A stretch of 64,000 nt of DNA from Candidatus Thorarchaeota archaeon (GCA_004524445.1 SDNP01000002.1:83285-147284), one strand, 5' to 3'; shown: positions 27,903-38,487, counted from the first letter of the stretch. Program-made: numbers and translations. Notes: generated by a model not told the origin, from the letters alone.

Positions 27903-28655
27903 CTAGTCACCTATTTCTCGAGGTATGAAGAGATGCATAGGAACTCCCCTTAATACTGGACCTATAGCAGCGATTATGCCTGTTGCTCGTGTTGACCGTT
28001 TGCATCTCAGGGAAAACTCGAATGGTCCTAGTCTCTCAATCTCATAGATATCCTGTCTATGATTTGTCCTTTCAAGTGCACCATCAATCATATCGCGATT
28101 GGCGCCAAATACTAAGAGACGCTGATGGTCGTCATTGCTCCAAGTATCTAATTGGCCAATGAAATCGGATGTAAATTCAGCCTCGATCTCAACACTTCTT
28201 TCATCTTTATGTACAACTTCTACTGTCACAGGAAGATTATCTACAAGTACAAACGAACCTGCAATACTCCGTACTGATGCATTCATCTCAAACTGAGAAC
28301 GAAGCTTGTGTAATGGTACTAATGCATCACTCATGGATGGGTTGGTAATACCAACATCAACATAGACTCCATAGCCCACCTTTCCCACATCTCGAAGTTG
28401 TCCGGAATATACATCTCCTGTTGACAGAGACCTCAAGGATGTGGTTGTGCCATATTCCCCCGCTAGAGTATTGCTGACAAATTCTTCATCGTCACCATCT
28501 AAAGATACGATAATATGACCTCTCTCATCAATGGAAACCTTCTCAATCCGTATATCAAGCTCGGAGGTTCGCTCATGAAGGTCTGTTTCAAAATCACGAA
28601 TAAGCCTATTCTGGTAATCCCCATATACTCGCGCCAGTAAGGTTAACTCCATCAT
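27903..28655 (-). CDS. DUF2110-like archaeal OB-fold protein
   Basis: LARVYGD and GKVGYGVYVD motifs, in its usual position downstream of tfe. Confidence 0.75.
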   Translation of the reverse strand: MMELTLLARVYGDYQNRLIRDFETDLHERTSELDIRIEKVSIDERGHIIVSLDGDDEEFVSNTLAGEYGTTTSLRSLSTGDVYSGQLRDVGKVGYGVYVDVGITNPSMSDALVPLHKLRSQFEMNASVRSIAGSFVLVDNLPVTVEVVHKDERSVEIEAEFTSDFIGQLDTWSNDDHQRLLVFGANRDMIDGALERTNHRQDIYEIERLGPFEFSLRCKRSTRATGIIAAIGPVLRGVPMHLFIPREIGD

Positions 28656-28710
28656 TTCACAAACTCCTTCTGTTCATCTGACTACAAGTGCTTCCTAAAA
28701 TGAATTTGTA

Positions 28711-29235
28711 CTATGTGGAGGCTGTTTCCAAATCCGCCCTCAGTTCCTCTACACGTTTCTTTAGAAAACTCACGGCCTTGGTATTATCAACATACTCAAG
28801 GGGTTCATTACAGTTCGGACATCGAAATGATAGACTCATTGCCTCTTCAAAAGGAACAGGCGATGAATCACGATTTACACAGACATAGAGGTCATTATTA
28901 CTCTCATGTTTCAATCTTTGTTCAAGAAGATTCAGTACCATTTTCTTCTTCCTATTTACAAGTGCCTGGGCTTTCTTTGGATCGATTCGCCAATAATAGA
29001 GAAACCATCCGGTATTGCTGTCACGAATTCTACGATATGATGCCAGATGATTATCATGCAAATTATAGAGGATTTTCCTCACAACATTAAGCTTCAAATC
29101 AGTCTTGGTGGCTATCTCCTCATCGGTTGTTTCATCCGAATTTACTAGTACAGTAGCAACGTCCACCCCTTCCTTTCCGGCTATCTCTTCCACTACAAGT
29201 CTGAATAGGTCATTGTTAAAGGTTGATTGGGACAT
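28711..29235 (-). CDS. tfe: Transcription factor E (alpha)
   Basis: TDEEIA..VRKILY.L, TGWFLYYW and zinc ribbon FEEAM...FRCPNC. Confidence 0.95.
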   Translation of the reverse strand: MSQSTFNNDLFRLVVEEIAGKEGVDVATVLVNSDETTDEEIATKTDLKLNVVRKILYNLHDNHLASYRRIRDSNTGWFLYYWRIDPKKAQALVNRKKKMVLNLLEQRLKHESNNDLYVCVNRDSSPVPFEEAMSLSFRCPNCNEPLEYVDNTKAVSFLKKRVEELRADLETAST

Positions 29236-29390
29236 TTGCTGATTTCACCTAAGTTGCTATATTTGGCTATATGACTGGACCTGTATCAGTTTCAGAAGTT
29301 CAAGCCCAAAGCTGTGCATCTACTATATTATTTAGTTACATGATATATAAGAGCTATTCTTTACCCGTTAGAAACTCTCATCTAGATGAT

Positions 29391-30005
29391 TCAATCACTC
29401 TTTTGCGACTTCTTTCTTTTCACTTTCACGACGTCTCCAAGTGTGGGCCCACCTGCTTTCTTCCCTCGTAATTTCTTTAGAGGAACTGTTCCAATCGATT
29501 CTAATAATGAAATTTCAAGTTCCCTCTCTAGACCCCGAATTACCTTTTGAGTGGGTTTGAGTTTTCCAGCTTCAATGGACTGTAGAGTGGTAATTCGCTC
29601 TCCGATAGCCTGCGCCAGTTCTTCCTGATTCAGTCCCTTCTTTTGTCTGGCCGAGCGAATTTTTTCCGCATAGTCCTTTATTAACACCATTTCATCTAGA
29701 TGCGGTCCACCCCTGCGTTTAGTGGACGTCGCTGCTGGTCTGCTTTTTTGCTTACTGCTTGATGATTTGGAGGGCGAAGACCGTGCGTATGAAGAGCGAC
29801 CTGACCAAGCAGGCCGACGTCCCACTGAGGCGGAACTTTGTTTCTTTTCTTTTTTCTGTGCACCTCCACCGAATTTCGATGCACATTGTGGACAGACATT
29901 CATCTCAACACCATCGATTGTGATATCTCGTCCTCGTCCCTTCATCTGTCTGCCGCAAAGCTCACAGCTAGGCAACTGCCTTACCTCTATGAGTTCCTTG
30001 CTCAA
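29391..30005 (-). CDS. mbf1: Archaeal multiprotein bridging factor 1 (Zn ribbon + HTH)
   Basis: CELCG..VCPQCA, DYAEKIRSAR..GLNQEELA and C-terminal TLGD. Confidence 0.9.
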   Translation of the reverse strand: MSKELIEVRQLPSCELCGRQMKGRGRDITIDGVEMNVCPQCASKFGGGAQKKEKKQSSASVGRRPAWSGRSSYARSSPSKSSSSKQKSRPAATSTKRRGGPHLDEMVLIKDYAEKIRSARQKKGLNQEELAQAIGERITTLQSIEAGKLKPTQKVIRGLERELEISLLESIGTVPLKKLRGKKAGGPTLGDVVKVKRKKSQKSD

Positions 30006-30039
30006 GGCATAGATAAAGATTGACGTTGGTGAAAGACAA

Positions 30040-31254
30040 TCATTTCTTTTCCATGCGTTCTGCAGCCTTTTCCAACGCCTGAACTACTTCGAGTTTCTTT
30101 CCCGTTAGGAAATTGATAGTAGATCCACCGCCGGTGCTAATATGGGATACTTTGTTCTCTAGTTTCATTTCTCTTGCCATCGCTCCTAGATGCCCGCCTC
30201 CCACAACCGTAACACCGTCAACAGTGGCAATGGCACGAAGAATCTTCTCTGTTCCCAAGGCAAATGGTTCCTTTTCAAAGAGTCCCATCGGACCATTTGC
30301 AAAGACAACTGCAGAGCCTTCTACAATCTCTTTGAATGCCTGTATTGTTCTAGTCCCAATATCATAGAAGGGGTCTTCATTCATTTCATCAAAGGAGCAG
30401 TCTACCCGAGACCCATCTCTCTCGACTGCTGCATCAATTGGAAGCACTATGCTGTCAGCATACTCCTCTAATAGCATCCTAGCTGAATCGCGAATTGAAT
30501 CGAAGCCGCTAATAGGCTTAGAATATTTCTCGTCTATTTCTCCGCTTGAAACCAATAGGGCAGTGGCTACAAGGCCACCAAGCAAAGCATGGTCCACTCT
30601 TCCTGTCTTCAGCAGTTTCTCTAGCGTCTTTACTTTGTCTTCTACTTTTGCGCCACCCAACACAAGAGTCCACGGGTGCTTCTCTGTGCCAACTGCCTTT
30701 GTAAGAGTACGGATTTCCTTTTCCATAAGCCTCCCTGCTACTGAAGGTAGATAAGGTGTGAATCCCACTAGGGACGCCTGTGACCTGTGAGCCGCGCCAA
30801 ATGCATCATTTACAAATAAATCGAATAGAGGATATAGCTCCTGAACCAACGGTTCTTTGGCTACCTCTTCAACGGGCGCCTTCTTTAACTCACCATCAAA
30901 ATATCTGACATTTTGAAGGACAAGGACCTCTCCTAGTTCTAAGTCCTTTATAGATGACTTGGCCTCGTCCCCGAAGATATCATCAACAAAACTGGCACGT
31001 ATCCCGTGTTTTTGTAGTATCTCCGTATGTGGTCTAAGTGAAATGAAATCATCACTCCCAGGCCTCCCCTGGTGTGCCATTAGTACAACAGTGCTCTTGG
31101 ACAGATCCTCAAGCGTTGGAAGGATGGCCTCTATCCTAGAGCTATCCGTTATTTCCTTTGTTTCAGAATCGACAGAGCAATTCATGTCAGCTCGCATGAT
31201 GATTCTCTTACCTGCATACTCCACATCATCCAAAGTCTTGAAGGGCAAACTCAT
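30040..31254 (-). CDS. pgk: Phosphoglycerate kinase
   Basis: RADMN, AHQGRPG, NDAFGAAHR, GGAKV, NGPMG and HISTGGG. Confidence 0.95.
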   Translation of the reverse strand: MSLPFKTLDDVEYAGKRIIMRADMNCSVDSETKEITDSSRIEAILPTLEDLSKSTVVLMAHQGRPGSDDFISLRPHTEILQKHGIRASFVDDIFGDEAKSSIKDLELGEVLVLQNVRYFDGELKKAPVEEVAKEPLVQELYPLFDLFVNDAFGAAHRSQASLVGFTPYLPSVAGRLMEKEIRTLTKAVGTEKHPWTLVLGGAKVEDKVKTLEKLLKTGRVDHALLGGLVATALLVSSGEIDEKYSKPISGFDSIRDSARMLLEEYADSIVLPIDAAVERDGSRVDCSFDEMNEDPFYDIGTRTIQAFKEIVEGSAVVFANGPMGLFEKEPFALGTEKILRAIATVDGVTVVGGGHLGAMAREMKLENKVSHISTGGGSTINFLTGKKLEVVQALEKAAERMEKK

Positions 31255-31391
31255 CTCTTTTCACCAAAATCATGTTTCCATTAATCGAGGATGGCTAGTT
31301 CACAATGCAACCTATCCACAACTACTCTGTCCTGCGTTTACTCAAAAATGTGTCTGCACACAACGCAGTGACCTAACAACGAACGACCGAT

Positions 31392-31529
31392 TGGTGCCGC
31401 AGGAGGGCTTTGATCCCTCGATTTCAAGATTTCCCATCTTGAGGCGCTTTACTCAATGACCCCAAATTCATCTCCCGAAATGGGAGGAGATTATGAGTCT
31501 TGCGCCCCACCAGTCTAGGCTACTGCGGC
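31392..31529 (-). tRNA. tRNA-Met(CAU), elongator type, with 61-nt intron at 37/38 (31431-31491)
   Basis: Acceptor GCCGCAG/CTGCGGC, CAAGA CTCATA intron A TCTTG, and BHB CTCA/TGGG. T-loop is ATCAAAG. Confidence 0.88.
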
Positions 31530-31616
31530 ACGCGGTTAGTTAGAAAGGAGCGAGGTCCTCTCATCGGTGCCCACCGCTTGATTTCTCTATTAAAGTTACG
31601 CTTCATACTACAATGG

Positions 31617-33569
31617 TCACTCAGATGTTATCTTCTGAATCTCTTCCATGAGTAATTCTCTTACCTGTTTTCCGTCTGCCTTTCCATGAAGATCCTTCAT
31701 AGCAACTCCCATGAGTCCGCCTATTGCTCGCATTCCCTCTTTCTCGACAAAGTCCCTACGTTCATTCACCAGGTTCCTGACATAACGCGAAATCTCTTTC
31801 TCCTCAATCTTTTGAAAGCCCGTCGTTGATAATGCCTCTTCAAAGTCTGCCTGTGGATTGTTAGCAAAAAAGGTCAACATATCAGGAATCGCTTCGGAAG
31901 ATATACCACCTGATGAAACTTCTTTAAAAATAGCAATAATCTGGTTCTCCGGAATATTTTCTGTAGGCACACCATCCCTGTTGAGACTAATCATAGTATT
32001 CTCCAATGCAACAGCTACAAGCGTTGGAGAAATATCAACATTCTCAACGATTTCCTCGTACAAATCAATATTCAGTGATTTAGTAATCTGACCCGCCAGC
32101 TCTTCACTCAGCCCATGCTCTCGAATAAAACGGATTCTCCTCTCTTCAAGTTTTTCTGGTAGATTCTTCTCTATTTCTCTGATGCGTTTCTCGTCGATAA
32201 CAACAGCTCTCACATCGGTTTCTGGATACATCCTCTCCGCCCCTGGTCGAGGTCTTGCGTATTTGGTTGTACCATCAGGAAGAGGAGTGCGTGTTTCAGC
32301 TGGAACTCCTAGAATCGCCTCTCGTGCACGGTTCAAGACCGCCTTAAGCGCATCATTACAGTTCTTTTCAGGGGCTGCAACGATTATGACTGCATCATTT
32401 TCATCTGCCAAAACCGCTTTCTTGAGTTCATCCACACCGTGTTGTGTGATTCCATATTTGGGAAGCTCATCTGTATGGAATATCCCTCCGACATCACCCC
32501 AGAATTTCGCATAGTCGGAAAGCTCACTTCCTAACCTTCGGTTGGGCTGTATCTCTCTTCCCACCAATTTTGCAAATGCAGGAAGCTTTACAGCTTTGAC
32601 TCGACCGCCTTTTTCGATAGCACTCTTGATAACCTTCGAATCGGATTTATCAAATATGTCTGTCACATCATAGATTTGATCTTCTATTGTTCCAATTGTG
32701 ACACTTCGCTTCTCTAATTCCTCTTTTATTTGTAGGAGACTCTTCTGTCGTAGTGCTTCTAGCTCTACAACTGTTGATAGTAATGCGAGCTGCTGCAATC
32801 CCTTTATCTCAATTATCCCCCCACCTTCAATTGATACATTCACGTCCTGACGTATAGTTCCCAGCCCTCGTTTTACTTTTCCCGTGGACCGCAGCAATAT
32901 GCCCAAAGCCAATGCGACCTCCTCTGCCTCTCTAGGCGTACTAATATCAGGCGCAGTAGCAACCTCTATCAATGGAATTCCAAGTCTATCCAATCTATAA
33001 GTCGTAACATTTCCTGTAGGGTCATCAGCGATTTTCCTTGCGGCGTCTTCTTCAAGACAAATGGTCTGAATGCCTATTTCTTTCTCTCCAACTCGAATTT
33101 TTCCACCACCTGCAATAATACATGTTCTCTGAAAGCCGGTCGTATTGCTCCCATCTATGACTATCTTTCTCATGGGATGAATTTCGTCAACAGGCGTTGA
33201 TTCCAGAAAGCTCGCCATTGTGAGACAAATGTCTATCGATTCCTCATCAATGCTGTGTGGGGGCTCTTCATCTGCTTCTACTAGACAGGTTGTATCATTA
33301 TAAAACTCGTAACAGAATCTCTTATTCCTCTGAAATTCAAATAATGCCGCCGGGTCTACCTGTCCCATCTCACTCTGGGTAGGGCGAAGTCGTCTCATGA
33401 ACCTTCCATGTGGTTGATCATCTCGAATTACAGTCGGGCAGTGACAGTATAATTTTCTCTCGGTATCTAACTGCTGATGAAGTTCCAAACCAACCATCAA
33501 ACCCAGTTCATCATAATCCAGATTGGGCGGCAATTCATTTCGCCTCTTGTCTATCCAAGTATTCCGCAT
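31617..33569 (-). CDS. gatE: Glu-tRNA(Gln) amidotransferase subunit E
   Basis: GLELHQQL, RLRPTQSEMG, DGSNTTGFQRT, LEEDAAR, LDRLGIPL and RPGAERMYPETD. Confidence 0.96.
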   Translation of the reverse strand: MRNTWIDKRRNELPPNLDYDELGLMVGLELHQQLDTERKLYCHCPTVIRDDQPHGRFMRRLRPTQSEMGQVDPAALFEFQRNKRFCYEFYNDTTCLVEADEEPPHSIDEESIDICLTMASFLESTPVDEIHPMRKIVIDGSNTTGFQRTCIIAGGGKIRVGEKEIGIQTICLEEDAARKIADDPTGNVTTYRLDRLGIPLIEVATAPDISTPREAEEVALALGILLRSTGKVKRGLGTIRQDVNVSIEGGGIIEIKGLQQLALLSTVVELEALRQKSLLQIKEELEKRSVTIGTIEDQIYDVTDIFDKSDSKVIKSAIEKGGRVKAVKLPAFAKLVGREIQPNRRLGSELSDYAKFWGDVGGIFHTDELPKYGITQHGVDELKKAVLADENDAVIIVAAPEKNCNDALKAVLNRAREAILGVPAETRTPLPDGTTKYARPRPGAERMYPETDVRAVVIDEKRIREIEKNLPEKLEERRIRFIREHGLSEELAGQITKSLNIDLYEEIVENVDISPTLVAVALENTMISLNRDGVPTENIPENQIIAIFKEVSSGGISSEAIPDMLTFFANNPQADFEEALSTTGFQKIEEKEISRYVRNLVNERRDFVEKEGMRAIGGLMGVAMKDLHGKADGKQVRELLMEEIQKITSE

Positions 33570-34890
33570 ATTCCGTCCTCATTTCCATCTCTCCTACTAT
33601 CGGTTTTGTCAATTCAGACTTGACCTGATCCAGTTCCTTGCGATTAGCCAGCAACCACATTAGTTTTACAAGAGCTGTTTCAGGGAGCATATCTTCACAT
33701 GGAATAACACCGAGATCCAGAAGCTCCACACCAGATCGGTACACATTCATATCAACTCGACCGAAAATACATTGACTAGTCATTGCAACTACCAATTCCG
33801 ATTTGATTGCACGCTCAATGGCACCATTAATCCGAGTGGGTGCATGTCCTAGACCTGAACCTTCTATGACTATACCTCGATAATCTGTATCGACAAGATG
33901 GTCTATAATATCTGAAGACATACCTGGATATGTTTTGACCAGACCAACTCGCCCCTCAAATCTCGGTTTCACATGTAATTTTCTTTTAGGGCTACGACGC
34001 AAGAGAGGAGCACCTATCTCAAGAATTTCATCTTCTTCTCTCTTCAGAATGGGATAATCATTCACTGTCCTGAACGCATCTCGCCTACTAGTATGTAACT
34101 TTCTGACTCTCGTACCTCTATGTGCATATACATAGGAATCATCAGTTTCTCCGTGCATAACCACCAAGATCTCTGCGATATCTGCCCTGCCTACAAGTTC
34201 TATTGCACCAATAAGATTCATCGAGGCATCTGAAGAAGGTCGATCCGAGGAACGTTGGGAACCAACCAACGCCACTGGTACGGGAAGATTCTGAAGAGCA
34301 AAGGACAGAGCTGCCGACGTTAAACCTAAGGTATCAGTTCCATGAGCGACTACGACGCCATCCACTCCCTTTCGTATTTCCTTTGCAACCGCACGGGCAA
34401 TTTTTGACCAATGTTTTGGCTCAATGTTCTCTGACAACTCACTAAGTAATACTCTTGCGTCAATCTGAGCATGCTGCCTTAATTCAGGAACTGACTCGTA
34501 GAGGTCTTGTGCCGTGAGGGCAGGATTTACAGCTCCTGTAAGATAGTCGACTTTGCTGGCTATAGTTCCTCCTGTACTGAGAATTGAAACACGTGGAAGA
34601 CTCGAGTCCTTACTCTCTGGAATATCTGCTTTTGATGAAACAGATTTCTTCTCTTTGCGCTTGAGCTTCTGTAGAATTGTGCTCTCGTTCACTCTTAGAC
34701 CCAAATTGTATCCACTATCCAGTTTGAGAACCAAATGGTGTGAATCAGCTCCTATCTGACTACGGGGCATGATTATCCCTTCAATTTCCTTTTCATCATC
34801 TTTGAAGCGTACTTTATCACCCATCTGAATGCCTGCAGATGCGAGTTTCTTCAGGAGAGTACCCTTGTAGCCAGAGTCTTCTAGGCTCAT
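33535..34890 (-). CDS. gatD: Glu-tRNA(Gln) amidotransferase subunit D
   Basis: KLDSGYN, STGGTIAS, HGTDT, GSQRSSDRPSSD and HTSRRDAF. Confidence 0.96.
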   Translation of the reverse strand: MSLEDSGYKGTLLKKLASAGIQMGDKVRFKDDEKEIEGIIMPRSQIGADSHHLVLKLDSGYNLGLRVNESTILQKLKRKEKKSVSSKADIPESKDSSLPRVSILSTGGTIASKVDYLTGAVNPALTAQDLYESVPELRQHAQIDARVLLSELSENIEPKHWSKIARAVAKEIRKGVDGVVVAHGTDTLGLTSAALSFALQNLPVPVALVGSQRSSDRPSSDASMNLIGAIELVGRADIAEILVVMHGETDDSYVYAHRGTRVRKLHTSRRDAFRTVNDYPILKREEDEILEIGAPLLRRSPKRKLHVKPRFEGRVGLVKTYPGMSSDIIDHLVDTDYRGIVIEGSGLGHAPTRINGAIERAIKSELVVAMTSQCIFGRVDMNVYRSGVELLDLGVIPCEDMLPETALVKLMWLLANRKELDQVKSELTKPIVGEMEMRTEYAEYLDRQEAK

Positions 34891-34951
34891 AATATCAACA
34901 CCTTTCAATCATTTTCGAGGTGCTCATTATCAGAATAAAACCTTCGTATTC

Positions 34952-35512
34952 CTAGAGAATCGAAAATAGAATCAAAATACCGAATGCTATGAATATGAAA
35001 CCTGTAGATATTCTAATCCCTCTCATAGGTAATTTTTCTGATATCTTATCACCAACGGCAACCCCGATTGCATTGACTATTACGAATCCTACAATAGCTC
35101 CTACAAATACCCAGATTGGGAATAGCGATTGTACTGCTAGTGCAAGGATTGCCAGCTGACTCTTGTCCCCCAGCTCGGAAAATAGAATCAGCGTAAACAT
35201 GCTGACTAGGGTTCCAGGCTTTTCACAGCTCTGTTCCTCCTCCTCAAAACCCACGAAAGAATACACACCAAGCCCAATGAATAAAAATCCCGAGATGTAG
35301 ATTATTATGTCAAGAGGCAATGCAGTCGATAGGAAGGTGCCCAGTAAAACTGCCATAATGGAAGAAACCGCCAAGGCGGTAAGCGACACTATCAGGACAT
35401 ACCAAGGTTTCCTGTATTGTGCACTAAGACACATGGTGGTCAGCATGGTCTTGTCACCTATCTCCATTAGAAGAATCAGTGTTGTTGCAGATAGTAGAAC
35501 CGCGAAACTCAT
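34952..35512 (-). CDS. TMEM165/GDT1 (UPF0016) Mn2+/Ca2+ transporter
   Basis: Two EXGDK(T/S) motifs, EIGDKT and ELGDKS. Start trimmed to ATG 35512. Confidence 0.9.
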   Translation of the reverse strand: MSFAVLLSATTLILLMEIGDKTMLTTMCLSAQYRKPWYVLIVSLTALAVSSIMAVLLGTFLSTALPLDIIIYISGFLFIGLGVYSFVGFEEEEQSCEKPGTLVSMFTLILFSELGDKSQLAILALAVQSLFPIWVFVGAIVGFVIVNAIGVAVGDKISEKLPMRGIRISTGFIFIAFGILILFSIL

Positions 35513-35519
35513 TACTATC

Positions 35520-36833
35520 CTAGTCCAGTAGATACTTCTCTTGAATGTCTTCGGTAAGTGCATTCTGCTCTATTATCCCTTTGAACATGTATGCACTTTC
35601 CCTTGGTTTTCTCTCCAAAGTTTCATAATCTACTTCAACTAGACCAAAATGGCTACTGAATCCCTGAGCCCATTCAAAATTATCTGTGAGTGACCAGACA
35701 AGATATCCAAGTACCTCGACCCCATCTTGGATTGCACGATGAACCTCTTGGAGGTGGTTGATGATATAACGCTGGCGCACTTCATCATCACTCGTCCCTA
35801 TCCCGTTCTCCGTTAGAAAAATAGGTTTGTCATATTTTTTCCCAAAGGATTGCAATACCTGATAATACCCCTCAGGATAGACCTCCCAATCTAGGCCCTC
35901 GCATCGTTCCAGTTCTGGGTCTTTTGGTGGCATGTCACCTGCCATGAAATCGAGTTCAGATGACACCACCATCCGACTATAGTAATTGAGGCCAATGAAG
36001 TCTACCGAGTTATCAAGCGGTGGATATCTACTCCCATCACCCGCAGGTTCCGGAAGTATCCCCTCAATAGCACCTCTGATCCAAACATGATTGTATAACT
36101 CATCAAGATAGTCAACCAACTCCAAATCATCGTCATTTTCGGAATCGGCTGGCATAAAATGTGAAACACTGATGACTGGAGCAATCTGTGGTTGTTCTCT
36201 GCCAATTTCATCATAGACTTGTCTGACTTGTGTTGCAGCCTGTCCATGCGCCATTAGCAAATGCTTTGCAACAGTCAACCCCTTTCCAAAGTCCTTCTCT
36301 TCAGGGGGAAATTCGCCAAAGACATAGCCCATCGTTGTTACTACCATAGGTTCGTTAATGGTGTTCCATATGATGTCAAAATCTGAGTATGCTTCAGCCA
36401 CCTTTCTGCAATATGGCGCGAAAATCTCAGGAGATTTCGGATTTAACCAAGAACCCAAATCTCTGAACCAGACTGGTTCTGTAAAATGGTGTAATGTGAC
36501 CATAGGCTGGATATCTCTGTCAACAAGAGCTTGGAGCACCGACCTATAATGGTCAATCTCGCTTTCATCCCACTTGCCCTGCTCTGGTTCAAGCCTACTC
36601 CAAGCAATTGAAAATCGGTGTACCTGATGGCCAAGTTTCTTGGCCAAATCAAAATCATCTTCATACCTATTATAGTGGTCGCAGGCGATACTCGAATTAC
36701 TACCGTCTTTGATTTTGCTAGGAATCTTTTCCCATTCGGTCCAGTTGTTGAAATTTCCGCCCTCTGTTTGGTGGGCAGCAGCTGCACTGCCCCAGAGGAA
36801 ATTCTCTGGAAATTCTAAATCACGATATGCCAT
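35520..36833 (-). CDS. Glycoside hydrolase family 1 (beta-glucosidase/galactosidase)
   Basis: FLWGSA..AHQTEG, RFSIAWSR, TINEP, TENG and DNFEW. Confidence 0.93.
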   Translation of the reverse strand: MAYRDLEFPENFLWGSAAAAHQTEGGNFNNWTEWEKIPSKIKDGSNSSIACDHYNRYEDDFDLAKKLGHQVHRFSIAWSRLEPEQGKWDESEIDHYRSVLQALVDRDIQPMVTLHHFTEPVWFRDLGSWLNPKSPEIFAPYCRKVAEAYSDFDIIWNTINEPMVVTTMGYVFGEFPPEEKDFGKGLTVAKHLLMAHGQAATQVRQVYDEIGREQPQIAPVISVSHFMPADSENDDDLELVDYLDELYNHVWIRGAIEGILPEPAGDGSRYPPLDNSVDFIGLNYYSRMVVSSELDFMAGDMPPKDPELERCEGLDWEVYPEGYYQVLQSFGKKYDKPIFLTENGIGTSDDEVRQRYIINHLQEVHRAIQDGVEVLGYLVWSLTDNFEWAQGFSSHFGLVEVDYETLERKPRESAYMFKGIIEQNALTEDIQEKYLLD

Positions 36834-36895
36834 TTTGATACAATCCCTATGACCGGCAAAGTGTCCATAAAATTGCCGTATTAGTCGAAAAAGAA

Positions 36896-37015
36896 TGGTG
36901 CGGGAGGAGGGATTCGAACCCTCGGACTCCTACGAGAGCGGATGTCTCATTGATGACCCCATTTTTTCATCTGATCTTAAGTCCGCCGCCTTTGGCCTGT
37001 CTTGGCAACTCCCGC
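36896..37015 (-). tRNA. tRNA-Leu(UAA) with 32-nt intron at 37/38 (36944-36975)
   Basis: Acceptor GCGGGAG/CTCCCGC, long variable arm and BHB CTTA/TGAG. Confidence 0.92.
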
Positions 37016-37134
37016 AGTTCTTTTATGATTCAACTCCAATTGGTTTTCTTTTATAACCTTGAGGCAACGCCGATGTAAGTCAGTCTGTAGTCAATACAGA
37101 AGTGCTTAAGAACAGTTCCTTGATTGTATGCCTA

Positions 37135-37244
37135 GGGCGCGTAGTCTAGTATGGACTCCTTATAGCTTCTGCTGCAGGAGATACGCATAAGGCACCAGCC
37201 TTCGGAGCTGGGCATCCCAGGTTCGAATCCTGGCGCGCCCGCCA
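37135..37244 (+). tRNA. tRNA-Arg(UCG) with 32-nt D-loop intron (37155-37186)
   Basis: Acceptor GGGCGCG/CGCGCCC, anticodon arm CCAGC CTTCGGA GCTGG and BHB GTAT/ATAC. Confidence 0.9.
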
Positions 37245-37256
37245 CTTCAAGACCAT

Positions 37257-37475
37257 TTATGCCTTGCCCAGTTTCTTATTCCAGACTTCCAAAAAGTACT
37301 CAAGGGATCGGTCGAAAGTCTTCTCTGCTTCTGGCGGAAATAAGCATCCGGGCAATTCTTGATGCTTCCAGTGGTATTGTAAGCAATCACAACAATACCC
37401 TTTTCGTGGACATCCCGGGTAAGTACAACCGCATCTTTCCTTATTCTTTTCAACATTGCATATTCTACCAGTCAT
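37257..37475 (-). CDS. Small Cys-rich protein (DUF6485-like)
   Basis: CGCTYPGCPRKGYCCDC..YH...ELPGCLFP.EAEKTFDRS pattern. Confidence 0.75.
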   Translation of the reverse strand: MTGRICNVEKNKERCGCTYPGCPRKGYCCDCLQYHWKHQELPGCLFPPEAEKTFDRSLEYFLEVWNKKLGKA

Positions 37476-37567
37476 CTTTAGTTCAGCCTCTTGTCTTGAC
37501 TGAGTCATTAAAACCTCTATGGTGCAGTCGGCAGGCTAATAGCGAAAACCTACAATTTAGTATCGAA

Positions 37568-38365
37568 ATGAGCTTCATTCAGGAATTTGACATAGATACT
37601 ACCGGCATAGATGGGAGGCGGCTTGACTCTACATTGGCTTCCGATTTTGAAAATCTCCTTTTTCAATACTATGGGCCTGAAACAAGAATCGAGTCCGCAA
37701 AAAGGATGCGAAGCAAAAAGAATGTCACTCTTGATCTGATTATCGATGTCGGGAAAGATACTCTCTCTCATGTTGTTGCGAAACTCTTCATCGAAGATGG
37801 ATATCTAATTGAGAGAAGGGTCTTGGCAGAAAGCACTCATAATGACCTAGCAGTGCCAAGGATTCTCGCCACCGTTCCCAATGTCATTCTGATGGAGTAT
37901 ATTTCGGGGATTCCTCTCATTGAAAGAATACACGAAACATACAGCATGGAAGAGATCGACAAATTAGCATCTTGGTACCACAGATTCCATGACATTCACA
38001 ATCTCATCAAGGGGGATGCAAGACTACGAAACTTCATTATGAAGGACAACTCTACCCTATATGGTGTTGACTTTGAAGAAGCTCGCCCCGGAGAGTGGAT
38101 TATTGATATTGGTGGCGCCGCAGCAAGTCTTCTTGATACAGATCCGATTTTTGATATAAGAAAACAGAAACTAGCATGGAGGCTACTGGACCAGTACCTC
38201 TTGCTTATTGGCACCAATCGGACAAAGAACCAGGAAACTGAATTCATACAATCAGTTGCTAATGCCCTCCAACAGACTGCTATCTGGAGGAATGACAAGG
38301 AGTTACAACGGCTCTCTCAACAAGTCAGAACCGATGGCATCCCCAATAACAAAACATGTAGCTAA
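37568..38365 (+). CDS. Atypical protein-kinase-like phosphotransferase (RIO/Bud32/APH-like)
   Basis: VVAKLF, VPRI, LMEYISG, KGDARLRNF and VDFEE. Start trimmed to ATG 37568. Confidence 0.8.
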   Translation: MSFIQEFDIDTTGIDGRRLDSTLASDFENLLFQYYGPETRIESAKRMRSKKNVTLDLIIDVGKDTLSHVVAKLFIEDGYLIERRVLAESTHNDLAVPRILATVPNVILMEYISGIPLIERIHETYSMEEIDKLASWYHRFHDIHNLIKGDARLRNFIMKDNSTLYGVDFEEARPGEWIIDIGGAAASLLDTDPIFDIRKQKLAWRLLDQYLLLIGTNRTKNQETEFIQSVANALQQTAIWRNDKELQRLSQQVRTDGIPNNKTCS

Positions 38366-38487
38366 ACCATTTCTTGATGTTCCCGAAACTTCTTATTCAC
38401 TTCGCCTAGTGATATGCACGCTCAAACATATCAATCAGACAAAGGTGGAGATTCACAATAGCACCCTCAAGAAAAGTCAAAGCAGCC

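Noticed and set aside
37259-37567. N-terminal 103 residues of the 368-aa kinase-like ORF
   Set aside because: They are antisense to the Cys-rich gene. ATG 37568 is the more plausible start.
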